Shown piece after piece: positions 1 to 10,369 of a stretch of DNA of 64,000 bases; the first letter of the stretch is position 1; every line of letters begins with the position of its first letter. The notes beneath the pieces are model-generated. The model saw nothing but the letters and a program-made list of their open reading frames with translations, was not told where the DNA came from and made no database searches. Source of the DNA: an uncultured Phycisphaerales bacterium. Lineage in GTDB: Bacteria; Planctomycetota; Phycisphaerae; Tepidisphaerales; Tepidisphaeraceae. The position numbers were made by a program, and so were the translations under genes. Location: the NCBI GenBank assembly GCA_963844715.1, contig CAWJPJ010000006.1, positions 480,001 to 544,000 on the forward strand, read 5' to 3'.

Positions 1-505
1 GGAAATCGAGCGTCTCCTCATCAGCGCCCAGTTCCACGAACAGATCGAATACTTCGTCCAGAACCGCATAGGCCCGCGCATCCGGGCGGTCGATCTTGTT
101 GATCACCACGATGGGCCGAAGCTCATGCTGAAACGCCTTCTTCAGGACGAAGCGGGTCTGCGGCATCGGTCCCTCGGCGGCATCGACGAGCAGGAACACC
201 CCGTCGGCCATGCCCAGGACGCGCTCGACTTCCCCGCCGAAATCGGCGTGGCCGGGGGTGTCGATCAGATTGATCTTCGTCATTACGCCATCGGGGGCGG
301 TAAATTGGATCGCCACGTTCTTGGCCAGGATGGTGATTCCCCGCTCGCGCTCGAGGGGATTGCTATCGAGGAGCGTGTCCTGCTGGACCTGACTTTGGCG
401 AAAATTGCCGCTTTGGCGCAGCAGCGCGTCGACCAGCGTCGTTTTGCCATGGTCGACGTGGGCGATGATTGCGACGTTGCGGATGTTGTTACGCACTCTG
501 TTCAT
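1..505 (-). CDS. typA: Translational GTPase TypA/BipA, N-terminal part (runs off the window)
   Basis: Reverse strand from 505 reads [26 protein letters not shown]...[12 protein letters not shown]...[18 protein letters not shown]; not in the ORF track because it is truncated. Confidence 0.93.
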   Translation of the reverse strand, partial: MNRVRNNIRNVAIIAHVDHGKTTLVDALLRQSGNFRQSQVQQDTLLDSNPLERERGITILAKNVAIQFTAPDGVMTKINLIDTPGHADFGGEVERVLGMADGVFLLVDAAEGPMPQTRFVLKKAFQHELRPIVVINKIDRPDARAYAVLDEVFDLFVELGADEETLDF

Positions 506-533
506 TTTATCCGTTCAACCCATTCTAGGCGTA

Positions 534-810
534 AGAGCCCGCCCCATTTTTCTGCAACGTCTGCGTCGCCGCCTTTTGCGACACAGGCTAGGCACGGCGA
601 CGAGTCGTATCAAGTGAAGCGATACGGCGAGGAGCCGTAACGACGCATGGGTCGCAAAAGGCGGCGACCCGGAGGGTTGCGTCCAAACGGGCCGTTCGCG
701 TCGTTATCGCTCCTTGCCGGGTCGCTTCACCTGACCCAACTCGTCGCTCTGCCTCACGCCCGGCCCGTTTGGACGCAACGCAGACGTTGCAGAAAAACGG
801 GGCAGGCTCT
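534..810. repeat. Nested palindromic intergenic element (outer 33-bp stem, two 18-19 bp inner stems, inverted duplicate ~57-nt loop motif)
   Basis: 534-566/778-810 inverted (31/33); 565-582/651-668 and 676-694/761-779 perfect; loop 590-646 matches reverse complement of 698-754 at 46/57. Confidence 0.85.
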
Positions 811-860
811 CGGGGGCGGGTAAGATACTGAACCACGATTGGTTACACAACGGAGGTACT

Positions 861-1244
861 ATGAAGAATCGGCTGTTTTTGTGTTTTTTCGCCATGATTG
901 GCGTTGGCGCGATGATAACGGGCCTGTGCGCGGACGAATCGACTCCGGCGCTTCCCGTTAATTTGCAGGATCGGGCCACGCAAACATGGCTGCTGGAGCA
1001 AACCGCCTCGATCGCCAAGGACCCCGAGACCTCGGCGGTTTGGGCGGTCGATCAAGCTGCCGACATGCTCAAAGGCCAGCCCGCGCAAACGGCGGTCGAT
1101 TATTTCCAGGGAATGCTCTATCAGGTCAAGAACCACTCCGTCCAGCGCGCCATTCGCTTCCAACTGGTTTCGCTCTACCGGAGCATGGATCGGCAAGACA
1201 AGGCGACCGAGCAGCTTAATGAACTGATGTCCGAACCTGAATGA
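861..1244 (+). CDS. Exported helical hypothetical protein
   Basis: GGAGG RBS before ATG, N-terminal signal-like segment, TPR-like helical C-terminus. Confidence 0.7.
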   Translation: MKNRLFLCFFAMIGVGAMITGLCADESTPALPVNLQDRATQTWLLEQTASIAKDPETSAVWAVDQAADMLKGQPAQTAVDYFQGMLYQVKNHSVQRAIRFQLVSLYRSMDRQDKATEQLNELMSEPE

Positions 1245-1305
1245 ATGGGAGATTTACTGTGGCACTTGCAAAGACAAGCCGCGAAGCGTCGCTTCGTCCT
1301 GGTAG

Positions 1306-2538
1306 TTAAACGTCCATCGACCCGGCCAATCGCGATGAAGGACGGCGCAGTGTCTTGGCGGTTCCGCCGCTGGTGACGACACGATGTGAAATCGGCACGC
1401 CTCGGGTCTGAAGCAATTTCAATCTTTCGGCGCTCGCCTTGGCCAGGGCGTCGATGACGGCGACCAGCATCTCCTGACGAGTCGTCGCCAGGGTGAGATT
1501 TTCGAACGCCGCCGGTTTGGGCTCGATGCTGAGGCGATCACCCGCCAGATAGGGCTCAAACCGGCAGTCGACGGGTTTGTGACGGGCCAGTTTTTTCACC
1601 AGCCGATAGAATTCGCCTTCGTCCAATTCAGAAAACAATTGGCATCGCATCCATTCGAGGGACGATCCGGCCGCGGCGATGGTGCCGACGGAGAGCCACA
1701 TCCGGCCGACGCCGAGCGCTCGGGTCAGCAGCAGCGGGTGCGGACGCGGGCGGTCTGTACAGAGGGCCAGGACATCGGTCGATCCGCTGACGTTCAGCAA
1801 CCGACCCGGCTCGGCGCCGGCGAGGACGATCGCGCCGGTCGTATCAATCCACCCTGCCATGACGGGCATCCCGATTGGCAAGCCGATCTGGGCCGTTAAG
1901 CGCCCGCCGATTTGATTGGATTCGAGAATTTCCGGTAGCTGGCGGATCCGAATCCCTGCGGCGTCGCATAGTTCACGGCTCCAGCCGCCCAATTTCAGAG
2001 TCTCATACAAGCCCATAAACGACGCGTTGGATCGATCCACTACGCGCTCGCGGGTGAGTTTCCAATGTAAAAACGTATTGAGATGGCCCACCAAATCGGC
2101 CTTGCGTAGAATTTCCGGGTGATGAGCCGCGAACCAGGCCGCCGTGCTCGAACTGATCCCACCCGGAAATGGGCGCGTGCCGGCAATCGCGAGATATTCC
2201 TCGCGGCCTACTCGACGTTCCAACTCGGCAGCCTCGGTGACGCTGCGGCGATCCTGATGGGTGATGATCGGCGTCAGCGGCTTGCCGCGCCGGTCCATCG
2301 CGACCCAGGCGGGCGACATGACCGAAAGCGCGACCGCATCCGCTCGTCGCGCTCGCGGGCCTAAATCCCTAATTGCCCTGACGATCGCGCGGAGAATCTT
2401 GGCAGGATCCACTTCGGCTCGTGTTCCATCGAAATGCGTGGGGTAGCTTGCGCGAGCCATTGCGCCGACGATTTTGCCCTCGCGCAATAAAGCGGATTTG
2501 AGAGATGACGACCCGAGGTCGAGACCGAGGATGAGCAT
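1306..2538 (-). CDS. FGGY-family carbohydrate kinase (gluconokinase/xylulokinase-like); 3' end probably frameshifted
   Basis: LGLDLGSSSLK phosphate-1 motif, PIITHQDRR, PYLAGDR, TSGG; directly downstream of gnd. Confidence 0.85.
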   Translation of the reverse strand: MLILGLDLGSSSLKSALLREGKIVGAMARASYPTHFDGTRAEVDPAKILRAIVRAIRDLGPRARRADAVALSVMSPAWVAMDRRGKPLTPIITHQDRRSVTEAAELERRVGREEYLAIAGTRPFPGGISSSTAAWFAAHHPEILRKADLVGHLNTFLHWKLTRERVVDRSNASFMGLYETLKLGGWSRELCDAAGIRIRQLPEILESNQIGGRLTAQIGLPIGMPVMAGWIDTTGAIVLAGAEPGRLLNVSGSTDVLALCTDRPRPHPLLLTRALGVGRMWLSVGTIAAAGSSLEWMRCQLFSELDEGEFYRLVKKLARHKPVDCRFEPYLAGDRLSIEPKPAAFENLTLATTRQEMLVAVIDALAKASAERLKLLQTRGVPISHRVVTSGGTAKTLRRPSSRLAGSMDV

Positions 2539-2560
2539 GCGAGGGGGAAGCGTATTTACG

Positions 2561-2648
2561 TTCGCACGGCGTGCTACGCACGCCCGCTAAATAGGCGCGA
2601 TGGCGCTTGCAATTCTATTTAGCGGGCGTGCGCAGCACGCCGTGCGAA
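2561..2648. repeat. REP-like doublet (34-bp inverted repeat with internally palindromic arms)
   Basis: 2561-2594 vs 2615-2648 are 33/34 inverted; each arm contains GGCGTGC-n3-GCACGCC. Confidence 0.8.
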
Positions 2649-2675
2649 TACCGAACCGCGCCCATTCGCGCGCAA

Positions 2676-4093
2676 CTATTTCGCCGACCACTCCGTATGA
2701 ATCATCTCAGTCGGATTGTCCGACCGCGCATACGTATGAGCCCCAAAGAAATCCCGCTGGGCCTGGATCAAATTCCCCGGCAAGCGAGCGCGCCGATAGG
2801 CATCGTAATAAGCCAACGACGCGCTGAACGCCGAAGTCGAGATGCCGCTTTCCGCGCCGAGCTTCACAATCCGCCGCCAGGCGTCCTGGCGCGGTTGGAT
2901 CGCATCGCGGAAGCGATTGGCCATCAGTAGATTCGCCAGGCCCGGCTCCTCGTGGAACGCGCTTCTTGATCTCTTTGAGGAAAATGGCGCGGATGATGCA
3001 ACCGGCCTCCCAGATTCGGGCCATTTCGTCCAGGCGGATACCGTAGTTGAACGCCTTGTTCGCCGCGGAGAGCAGCGCCATGCCCTGGGCGTAGGAGCAA
3101 ATCTTGCTGCAATAAAGGGCGTCGCGAACGTCGTTGATGAACGCCTTGAGGTCGCCGGCAAATTTCTTGGGAGCCGCCCCCGTGAGGACTTTGGAAGCCG
3201 CGACGCGCTGGTCCTTCAGCATGGAAATCTCGCGCATATCCACGGCCGCCGCCATCGTCGGAACCGGAACCTGCAAATCCAAGGCCGACTTGATCGTCCA
3301 CGTGCCCGTCCCCTTCATTCCGACAATATCCAGAATCTGCTCAACGAGCGGCTGCTTCGGATTCTCCGGATCGGGGAAATTGATCACCTTCTGCGAAATC
3401 TCGATCAGAAAGCTCTGCAGTTCCCCCTGATTCCATTCCCCGAAAACGTCCTGGAGCTGCGCGTTATTCAACCCGCCGACGTTTTTGAGAAGGTCATAAG
3501 CCTCGGCGATCAGTTCCATGTCGCCGTATTCGATTCCATTGTGAACCATCTTGACGAAGTGCCCCGCCCGCGCGCCCGCAGTAGGCTACGCATGGGCCAT
3601 CGTCGCTCTTGGCGGAGATCTTCACCAGAATCGGCTCGATATGCTCATACGCCTCGACGTCGCCGCCAGGCATGATGCTCGGGCCCCACAGCGCGCCTTC
3701 TTCGCCGCCGCTGACGCCCATGCCGAAGAATCGGATCCCCGTCCCCTTGAGTTCGTCGATGCGGCGTTCGGTGTCGGTGAAGAGGGAATTGCCGCCGTCG
3801 ATGATGATGTCTTCGGGCTGAAGGAGGGGTCTGAGGCTGGCGATGACCTGATCCACAGGCTTGCCGGCCTTGACCATGATCAGAATCTTCCGCGGGCGAT
3901 CCAGGAGCTGAACGAATTCCTGATAGGTCGCCCCCATCTTGGCGTTCTTGCCTTTGGCGATGCCATTGATGAATTCGACGCTCTTTTCAGTAGTGCGGTT
4001 AAAGACCGCGATGGGGAAGCCATTTCGCTCGATGTTCAGGGCGATATTCCGACCCATCACTTCCAAACCGATGACGCCAAATGCCTGTCCCAT
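2676..4093 (-). CDS. gnd: NADP-dependent 6-phosphogluconate dehydrogenase (split in 3 frames)
   Basis: GVIGLEVMGRN, GVSGGEEGA, MVHNGIEYGDM, LIQAQRDFFGAHTY across ORFs 3494-4093, 2707-3549 and 2676-3161. Confidence 0.95.
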
Positions 4094-4200
4094 GGGAAAC
4101 TCCGTTTGTTGTCTCGATTAAATGCCAAAAAAACGGGGAGGCAAACAGGCTGCCTCCGCCGGGGTAATATTGTGGGAAATCCCGCCACTGTTTGCAACGG

Positions 4201-6256
4201 TCATTTTGGCTGCCCGCTGATTAGCGGCGACCCGCCCGGAATCGGCGCGATTCTTGGCTTCGGATTGGCATGGGGGCCGATTCCTAGCACTTCCTGAGCA
4301 TAACACCGCAGGATTTCCGCGACGGAGAGTGCTGACGCCAGCGCCCCGCCGGGGTGTTGCGGCGCGTCCCCGTCGAAAAGCTCGCCGATCTGGCCCATGC
4401 CGTCGCCGTTCATGTGTTCGAGGCAGGGTTGAATCCATTGGCGGATTCGCGCGATGGTCTGGGCGTCGCGTCCGTGAACGCGAGCTTCCGCCGAAGCTAA
4501 GGGGCCGAGTAGCCAGGGATAGACCGTGCCCTGATGCTGGGCACGATCACGCGAGACGACGCTTCCCGAGTAGCGGCCCTGATATGCGGGATCGTTTCGG
4601 CTCAGGGTGCGCAAGCCGACCGGCGTGAGAAGTTCGGTGATGACCGTCCGCACCAGCGCTTCATGGCGCGAGGGATCGAGGATCGCATGTGGCAGGGAAA
4701 CGGCGAAAATCTGGTTGGAGCGGATCGACGCGTCGTTGCCGTTGTCGTTGAGGCAATCGAAGCAGCAATTCGCCTTTTCGTTCCAGAACGACGCGTTGAA
4801 CGATGTCCGGGCTTTTTGTGCCAGAACATCCAACTCCGTGGCAACCGCGCGCTTCTGAAGTCGCTCGGCGATGTTCGCCGCGATCTTCAGTGCATTGAAC
4901 CAGAGGGCGTTAAGTTCGACGGGCTTGCCCATCCGCGGCGTGACGACCCACTGGCCGACCTGCGCATCCATCCACGAAGCGGCGACACCCGGCGAGCGCG
5001 TGCCGAGGAGCCCGGATTGATCAACCTGAATCCCCAGCTTGGTTCCCTGCCGATAGGCCTGCAAAATCGTTTGCACCGCCGGCCAAAGCGCCGCCATCGC
5101 CTCTTGATCGTCCGCAAAGCGCAGGTACTCCCCCACCGCGGCGACGAACAAGAGGGAAATATCCGCCCCGTTATATCGCGGGGGAGCGCCATCCTCGGGC
5201 AATTCCGACGGAATCAACCCATCGCGCATTTGCGACGCCATGGAGAGCAAATATTTACGGCCGTCTTCCAACCGGCCGGGAATCAGAAACAGGCCGGTGA
5301 ATCCAACCAGTCCCGCCCGATTCGCCGGCGGCGACCAGGGATATTGCCCGATCACATGCACCGGCTGCGGCGCATCGGACGGGAGCTTCACGACAAAAGC
5401 GTCGGCCGCCCGGATCAGGGCTTGCAAAGTCTCGTCCCGGTCTTCGCCGGCGGGCGTGCCGCTTGCGGCGGCGCCACGATCCAGCTCTTCAGCCGCGCGA
5501 TTTAGTTCGTCCAAAACCCGATCGACGCGCACCGGTTCGCTTGAGCAGATCAGATGCACGCTTTGTCCCGGCGAGACCGACCAGCGGAACACGCCTGGGT
5601 TCCACAAATCTTCCAAACCGGCATAGCCGCGCTGCTCTTCACCGCGATAGATCGAATTGAGATACCAATACGGCTCGCCGCGGAATTCGCCGTCGTGCGC
5701 GAAGAAGACCTCCGGCGTGCGCACGGTCGCGGGGATCCGGACCTGCCCCTCCTTGCGCACCTCGGCATATAGCCGCCCGTTCCATTGATAGGACAGTTCG
5801 TGAATCCCGCGCATGGCCAGCAGAGGCGCGCGCTTCCAAAGTAATCGGCTTGTCCCCGCCCAGAAGCGTGTACGTCAGGCAGACAACATTTTCACCCCGC
5901 AGCAGGCAGAGCGACTTTTCCAGAGTGAACCCATCCCCCTGATACGCCCAGCGCGGAAACGGATCATTGCTGAACGCCCGGAGGAGGCGGTATCCCTGCG
6001 GGTAGATCGTCCCCGGATATTCATTGCAAGCCAGGGGAAATGCACCGCGCTCGGTGATGACTGTTTCGTCCACGTGCGAAACCAGGACCATGCGCCGCAC
6101 GGGAGGGGTCATGGCCGCGACAAGTAGCCCGTGGTATTTGCGCGTATTCATCGCGCAGAGCGTGGACGCAGCGAACCCGCCCAAGCCGTTGACGGCAAGC
6201 CATTCCCGGCTGATGAGGCCTTCAAAATCCAGAGATGAAATGTCCGGGGGTCTCAT
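4201..6256 (-). CDS. Glycogen debranching enzyme (amylo-alpha-1,6-glucosidase family; one frameshift)
   Basis: REWLAVNGLGGFA..TRKYHGLL N-domain; SWMDA..TPRMGKPVELNALW, GLRTLS, HQGTVYPWLLG, ELFDGDAP. Confidence 0.9.
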
Positions 6257-6360
6257 GACTTGTCCTCCGTGATCTCCCCGCCGCGAATCATACACAGGTA
6301 AGCGATAATTGTGAACCCAACCCGCATTAAATAGGATGGGGGCATGAAGACATGGTGCCC

Positions 6361-6445
6361 AGGCACGAAGGCAGGTAGGCACGAAGTGAAAGGCGGCAGC
6401 CCTGCTTTTCCCTTCGTGCCTATGTGCCTCCGTGCCTCCGTGCCT
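6361..6445. repeat. 8-bp-period tandem repeats arranged as an inverted pair
   Basis: AGGCACGA-like units, then inverted TCCGTGCC-like units. Confidence 0.7.
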
Positions 6446-6453
6446 GCACTTTC

Positions 6454-6527
6454 GCACCCGTAGCTCAACCGGACAGAGCATCGGATTTCTAATCCGACGG
6501 TTGCAGGTTCGAGTCCTGCCGGGTGCG
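6454..6527 (+). tRNA. tRNA-Arg (TCT)
   Basis: GCACCCG acceptor, TAGCTCA D-arm, TCGGA-TT TCT AA-TCCGA anticodon arm, GGTTCGAGTCC T-loop; no encoded CCA. Confidence 0.95.
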
Positions 6528-6558
6528 CTAAGAGCGACTCAGTGAAGCCGGATACTGC

Positions 6559-6663
6559 TCCCCCTCTCCTTGTACCCAGGGGGAGGGCGGGGGTGGGGGT
6601 TCTTAGCGATTGCCGATGAATGCCCCTGACCCATCGTGCCGAAACCAGCGGAAGGGAACCGGA
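6559..6663. repeat. CCCTCTCCC/GGGAGAGGG-type REP-like palindrome (degenerate, altered right arm)
   Basis: CCCCTCTCCTTGTACCCAGGGGAGGG..GGGTGGGGG; same family as 9570, 34050, 61644 and 63981. Confidence 0.65.
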
Positions 6664-6805
6664 GGTGCTCTCCCCGAGCACACGGAGAGGCGACAAGAGG
6701 AAGCGGTATCTTGCGGCCGTCGCCGAGAGCACGGCGCATTGGCCCCTTTTCAAATGTCGTGTATCCTGTAGAATACTTAATTCTCACTGTTTTTTAGAGG
6801 ACCGC

Positions 6806-8162
6806 ATGGCAGAAAACGAACCCGCCGTACAGGAACAGCAGGAAATTCCTTACAACATTTCGATCGAGGACGCCGGACCGGCGACCAAGAAGGTCTCGAT
6901 CGAGATTCCAGAGGAACTGATCACCTCCAAGCTCGCCGAGCAATTCCAGGAGCTGCGCCGCGAGGCGGCAGTGCCCGGATTCCGGCCCGGGCACGCCCCG
7001 CAGAAGCTCATCGAGCGCCGCTTCCAGGGGGACGTCCGCCAGCAGGTGGCCCGGACCCTCATCAGTCAGGCTTATGAGCAGGCCGTCCAAAAGCACAATC
7101 TACAGGTCATCGGCGAGCCGGAATTCGACAAGCCGGAAGACCTCAAACTCCCCGAGTCGGGGAAGCTGACCTATTCCTTCCAGGTCGAAGTGCAGCCGGA
7201 CATCACGCTCCCGCCGCTGACCGGGCTTAAGATCAAAAGGGTCAAGGTAGAAGTCCTCGATAAGCACATCGACAAGGCCGTGTTAAATCTGCGCGAGCAG
7301 CAAGGGGTGCTGATCCCGATCGAAGACCGCGGCGTCGAGACCGGCGACCACCTATTCGGCGATATCCATCTTAAGCTCGACGGCAAGGTCATCTGGCATA
7401 GACATGACCTGGAAATCATCGCTCAGCCGGGCGATATCTTCGGAATCCACATCGAGGATTCCGACAAGCAGCTCAAAGGCCTCCGCCCGGGCGAGAAACG
7501 GGAATTCACCGTCCGAGCGCCGGACAACCATTTTGACGAGAACGTTCGCGGCAAGGATGTCGTCGTTGAAGTGAGTCTGAAGGAACTCAAGCGGCTCGAA
7601 CTGGCCGAGGTGAACCAGGACTTTTTGGAAAACCTCGGGTTCAGCTCCGAAAAAGAATTGCGCGACGCATTGAAGGAGCAGATGATCGAGCGCGTGCGCT
7701 ACGACGTGCAGGAATCGATGCGCCAGCAGGTGCACAATTATCTGCTCTCCAACGTCTGGCTGAACCTTCCGACGAAGCTGTCGCAAAGGCAGGCCGAGCG
7801 CGTCGTCCAGCGGCGGCAAGTCGAACTCGATGATGCGCGGCGTCCCGGAAAGCAAAATCCCCGATCAGCTCGAAGCCCTCAAGAGCGGCGCCCAGGACGA
7901 GGCGGCCAAGGAACTCAAGCTTTTCTTCATCATGCAGAAGATCGCCCAGGAACAGGGCGTGGACGTCGCCGAGGGAGAACTGAACGGGCGGATCGCCGTG
8001 ATCGCCGCGCAAACAGGCCGGCGGCCGGAAAAGGTGCGGCAGGAAATGTCCGCCGACGGCTCGCTTCTGAATCTTTACGTCCAGATGCGCGAGCAAAAGG
8101 CCGTCGATAAGATTCTCGAAACCGCACAAATCGAGGAAATCGACCCGCCGCCGGAAACCTAA
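6806..8162 (+). CDS. tig: Trigger factor (one frameshift near 7828)
   Basis: AVPGFRPGHAP ribosome-binding motif, FKBP-like middle domain, C-terminal REQKAVDKILE. Confidence 0.93.
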
Positions 8163-8170
8163 CGAAACCT

Positions 8171-8267
8171 TTTAGCCACAGATAGAAATCAGATAAACAC
8201 AGATGAAATAAAACGCAAGAGAAAGAATTGCAAATCTGCGTCCATCTGATTTTCATCTGTGGCTAAA
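8171..8267. repeat. ~9-bp-period repeats (CAGAT core) in inverted arrangement
   Basis: TTTAGCCACAGAT...ATCTGTGGCTAAA terminal inverted match with three CAGAT/ATCTG units per side. Confidence 0.75.
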
Positions 8268-8280
8268 CATCCTCTGACCC

Positions 8281-9609
8281 ATGGCCAAAATAAACGCCCC
8301 GCGCGGCACCGCCGACATCCTGCCGAGTGAGAGTTGGAAATGGCAAGCCGTCGAGGCGATCGCCCGGCACGTCGCCCAGATCTATCACTATTCCGAAATC
8401 CGCACGCCGATTTTCGAATCGACGGAATTGTTTCACAGGGGGGTAGGGGAAACCAGCGACGTGGTCCACAAGGAGACGTACACCTTCAAGGATCGCGGGG
8501 ATCGGTCGATGACGCTTCGTCCTGAGGGAACGGCAGGAACGGTCCGAGCGGCTATCGAGCACGGACTGATCGCCCAGGAAGGGTCGCGGGCGAAGGTCTT
8601 CTATATTGGCCCGAACTTTCGCTACGAGCGCCCCGCATCGGGCCGGCTGCGACAGCATCACCAATTTGGCGTCGAGGCATTTGGAATCGCCGCGCCGGAG
8701 CAGGATGTCGAGTGCATCTTGCTTCAACTGGAGTTTTACAAGCGGTGCGGGCTGAAATTGAAGGATCTCAGAATCCGTCTCAACAGTCTGGGCGACAAGG
8801 AAAGCAAACAAAGACTCGCGGAACACATCCGGGAAGCCCTGACTCCCCATAAATCAGCATTGTCCGAGGATTCGCAGCGAAGGCTGGAGGAAAATCCGCT
8901 GCGCATCCTGGACAGCAAGGAGCCCCAGGATCACGAGCTGATCGAATCGGTAAAGCTGTTCACAACGGGATTTCTTTCCCCAAAGAGCCAAGCGTACCAG
9001 GAGCGCGTCATGTCGTTGCTTAACGGCTCTCCCCTGCTCAGAGAAGCGGATACGGCCGCATTTTTCGACAGCAAACTGGTGCGCGGCTTCGACTATTACA
9101 CGGAGACGCTTTGGGAAATCGGCCTTCCCGCTTTGGGGCCGCAAGACGCCCTTGGCGGCGGAGGCAGATACGACAATCTGGTCGAAAACCTCGGCGGCAA
9201 ACCTACGCCAGGAGTGGGTTTCGGGAGCGGCATCGAGCGACTTCTGCTGGCCTTGGAAGCGCAGAAAATTTCCTTGCCCGATCCGCGCCCGGCCTTGGTT
9301 TGGATCGTCTATCACGGGGCTGAAGCCCGAGACTCCGCCGCGAACCTTTTGGCGGAATTGAGAGATGCGGAAATTACCGCCGACATGGATTTATCCGACC
9401 GATCCATGAAAGCCCAGTTCAAAATGGCCGACCGCGAGGCAGCCAAGTGGTGCCTGATCCTGGGCGACGACGAACTGAAATCCGCGCAAGTGACGGTTAA
9501 GAATCTGACCACCGGGGACCAGTCCTCTGTTGCCCGCGGCGAAATAACGGCGAAGATGAAAGAACTCATCCCCTCTCCCCGTGTACTCACGGGGAGAGGG
9601 CCAGGGTGA
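8281..9609 (+). CDS. hisS: Histidine--tRNA ligase
   Basis: PRGTAD, LRPEGTA, FRYERP..GRLRQHHQFG, LVRGFDYYT, GGGRYD, GFGSGIER. Confidence 0.97.
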   Translation: MAKINAPRGTADILPSESWKWQAVEAIARHVAQIYHYSEIRTPIFESTELFHRGVGETSDVVHKETYTFKDRGDRSMTLRPEGTAGTVRAAIEHGLIAQEGSRAKVFYIGPNFRYERPASGRLRQHHQFGVEAFGIAAPEQDVECILLQLEFYKRCGLKLKDLRIRLNSLGDKESKQRLAEHIREALTPHKSALSEDSQRRLEENPLRILDSKEPQDHELIESVKLFTTGFLSPKSQAYQERVMSLLNGSPLLREADTAAFFDSKLVRGFDYYTETLWEIGLPALGPQDALGGGGRYDNLVENLGGKPTPGVGFGSGIERLLLALEAQKISLPDPRPALVWIVYHGAEARDSAANLLAELRDAEITADMDLSDRSMKAQFKMADREAAKWCLILGDDELKSAQVTVKNLTTGDQSSVARGEITAKMKELIPSPRVLTGRGPG

Positions 9610-9681
9610 GGGGCGCATTTCGACCGTCGGAAATCGCCCCTCACCCCAACCCTCTCCCCGTGAGTACACAGGGAGAGGGGG
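9570..9681. repeat. REP-like double palindrome (CCCTCTCCC-GTAC-GGGAGAGGG family) overlapping the hisS stop
   Basis: Two inverted hairpin arms flanking GGGTGAGGGG...CCCCTCACCC. Confidence 0.85.
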
Positions 9682-9700
9682 AAATAATCGCAGGCGACTC

Positions 9701-10328
9701 ATGGAAGAGCGCATTCTCGACTACGGCATCCCGCCGCTCCAGCAGCGGCGATTCTATCGACGATTAGTCCACGGCGCTCTGTTGCTCGGACTCATCGCGG
9801 CTGTCTATTTCATCGGACCGCCGCTTTGGAGTTGGACGCAATACATTTATTGGCAACAGTCCGAACTTCGGTATACCGCTCCGCCAACCCAAGTTGTCGT
9901 CGAATATGACAATGACAACTATTGCGCCGTCCAGGCACACATCGCCAAACCAGAGCAAGAACTCAAGCGGTGGGGTTTTGGCAGCGAGGCCATAGCAACT
10001 ATTTTTGCGCACGAAATGCGCCGACCAGACGGAACTCCAATGATCGTCGTCCTCGGCGTCGCCTGGTGTTGGCGCAGACTCATTTCAGGTTGAGTACTCC
10101 ACCCGGCAATACGATTTCCTCGGAATTAACGCACTCACGATCGGACACCGGGGCGATCAGGGGTTCTCGACGGAAATTTCCGGCAAGCGATTCTCCATCT
10201 TTGCGGGCCAGCCCGACCCCGCTAATCCCTCGCATCTCACCTTCGATTACCTGCAAAACGGCCACCGCCGCACTTGCGACGCCTGGCTGAACAATTCCAA
10301 TCAACTCATCCTCTCAACCCGGCCGTGA
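9701..10328 (+). CDS. Membrane-anchored hypothetical protein (frameshifted)
   Basis: LDY motif and TM helix at the N-terminus; downstream frame reads FAGQPDPANPSHLTFDY...DAWL. Confidence 0.6.
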
Positions 10329-10369
10329 TCTTCACCGCAACGTCGCCGGCGCGATTGCCTTTAAACCCT

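Noticed and set aside
125..640. Plus-strand 171-aa ORF and similar long antisense ORFs throughout
   Set aside because: Shadow frames of real high-GC genes (here typA on the minus strand)
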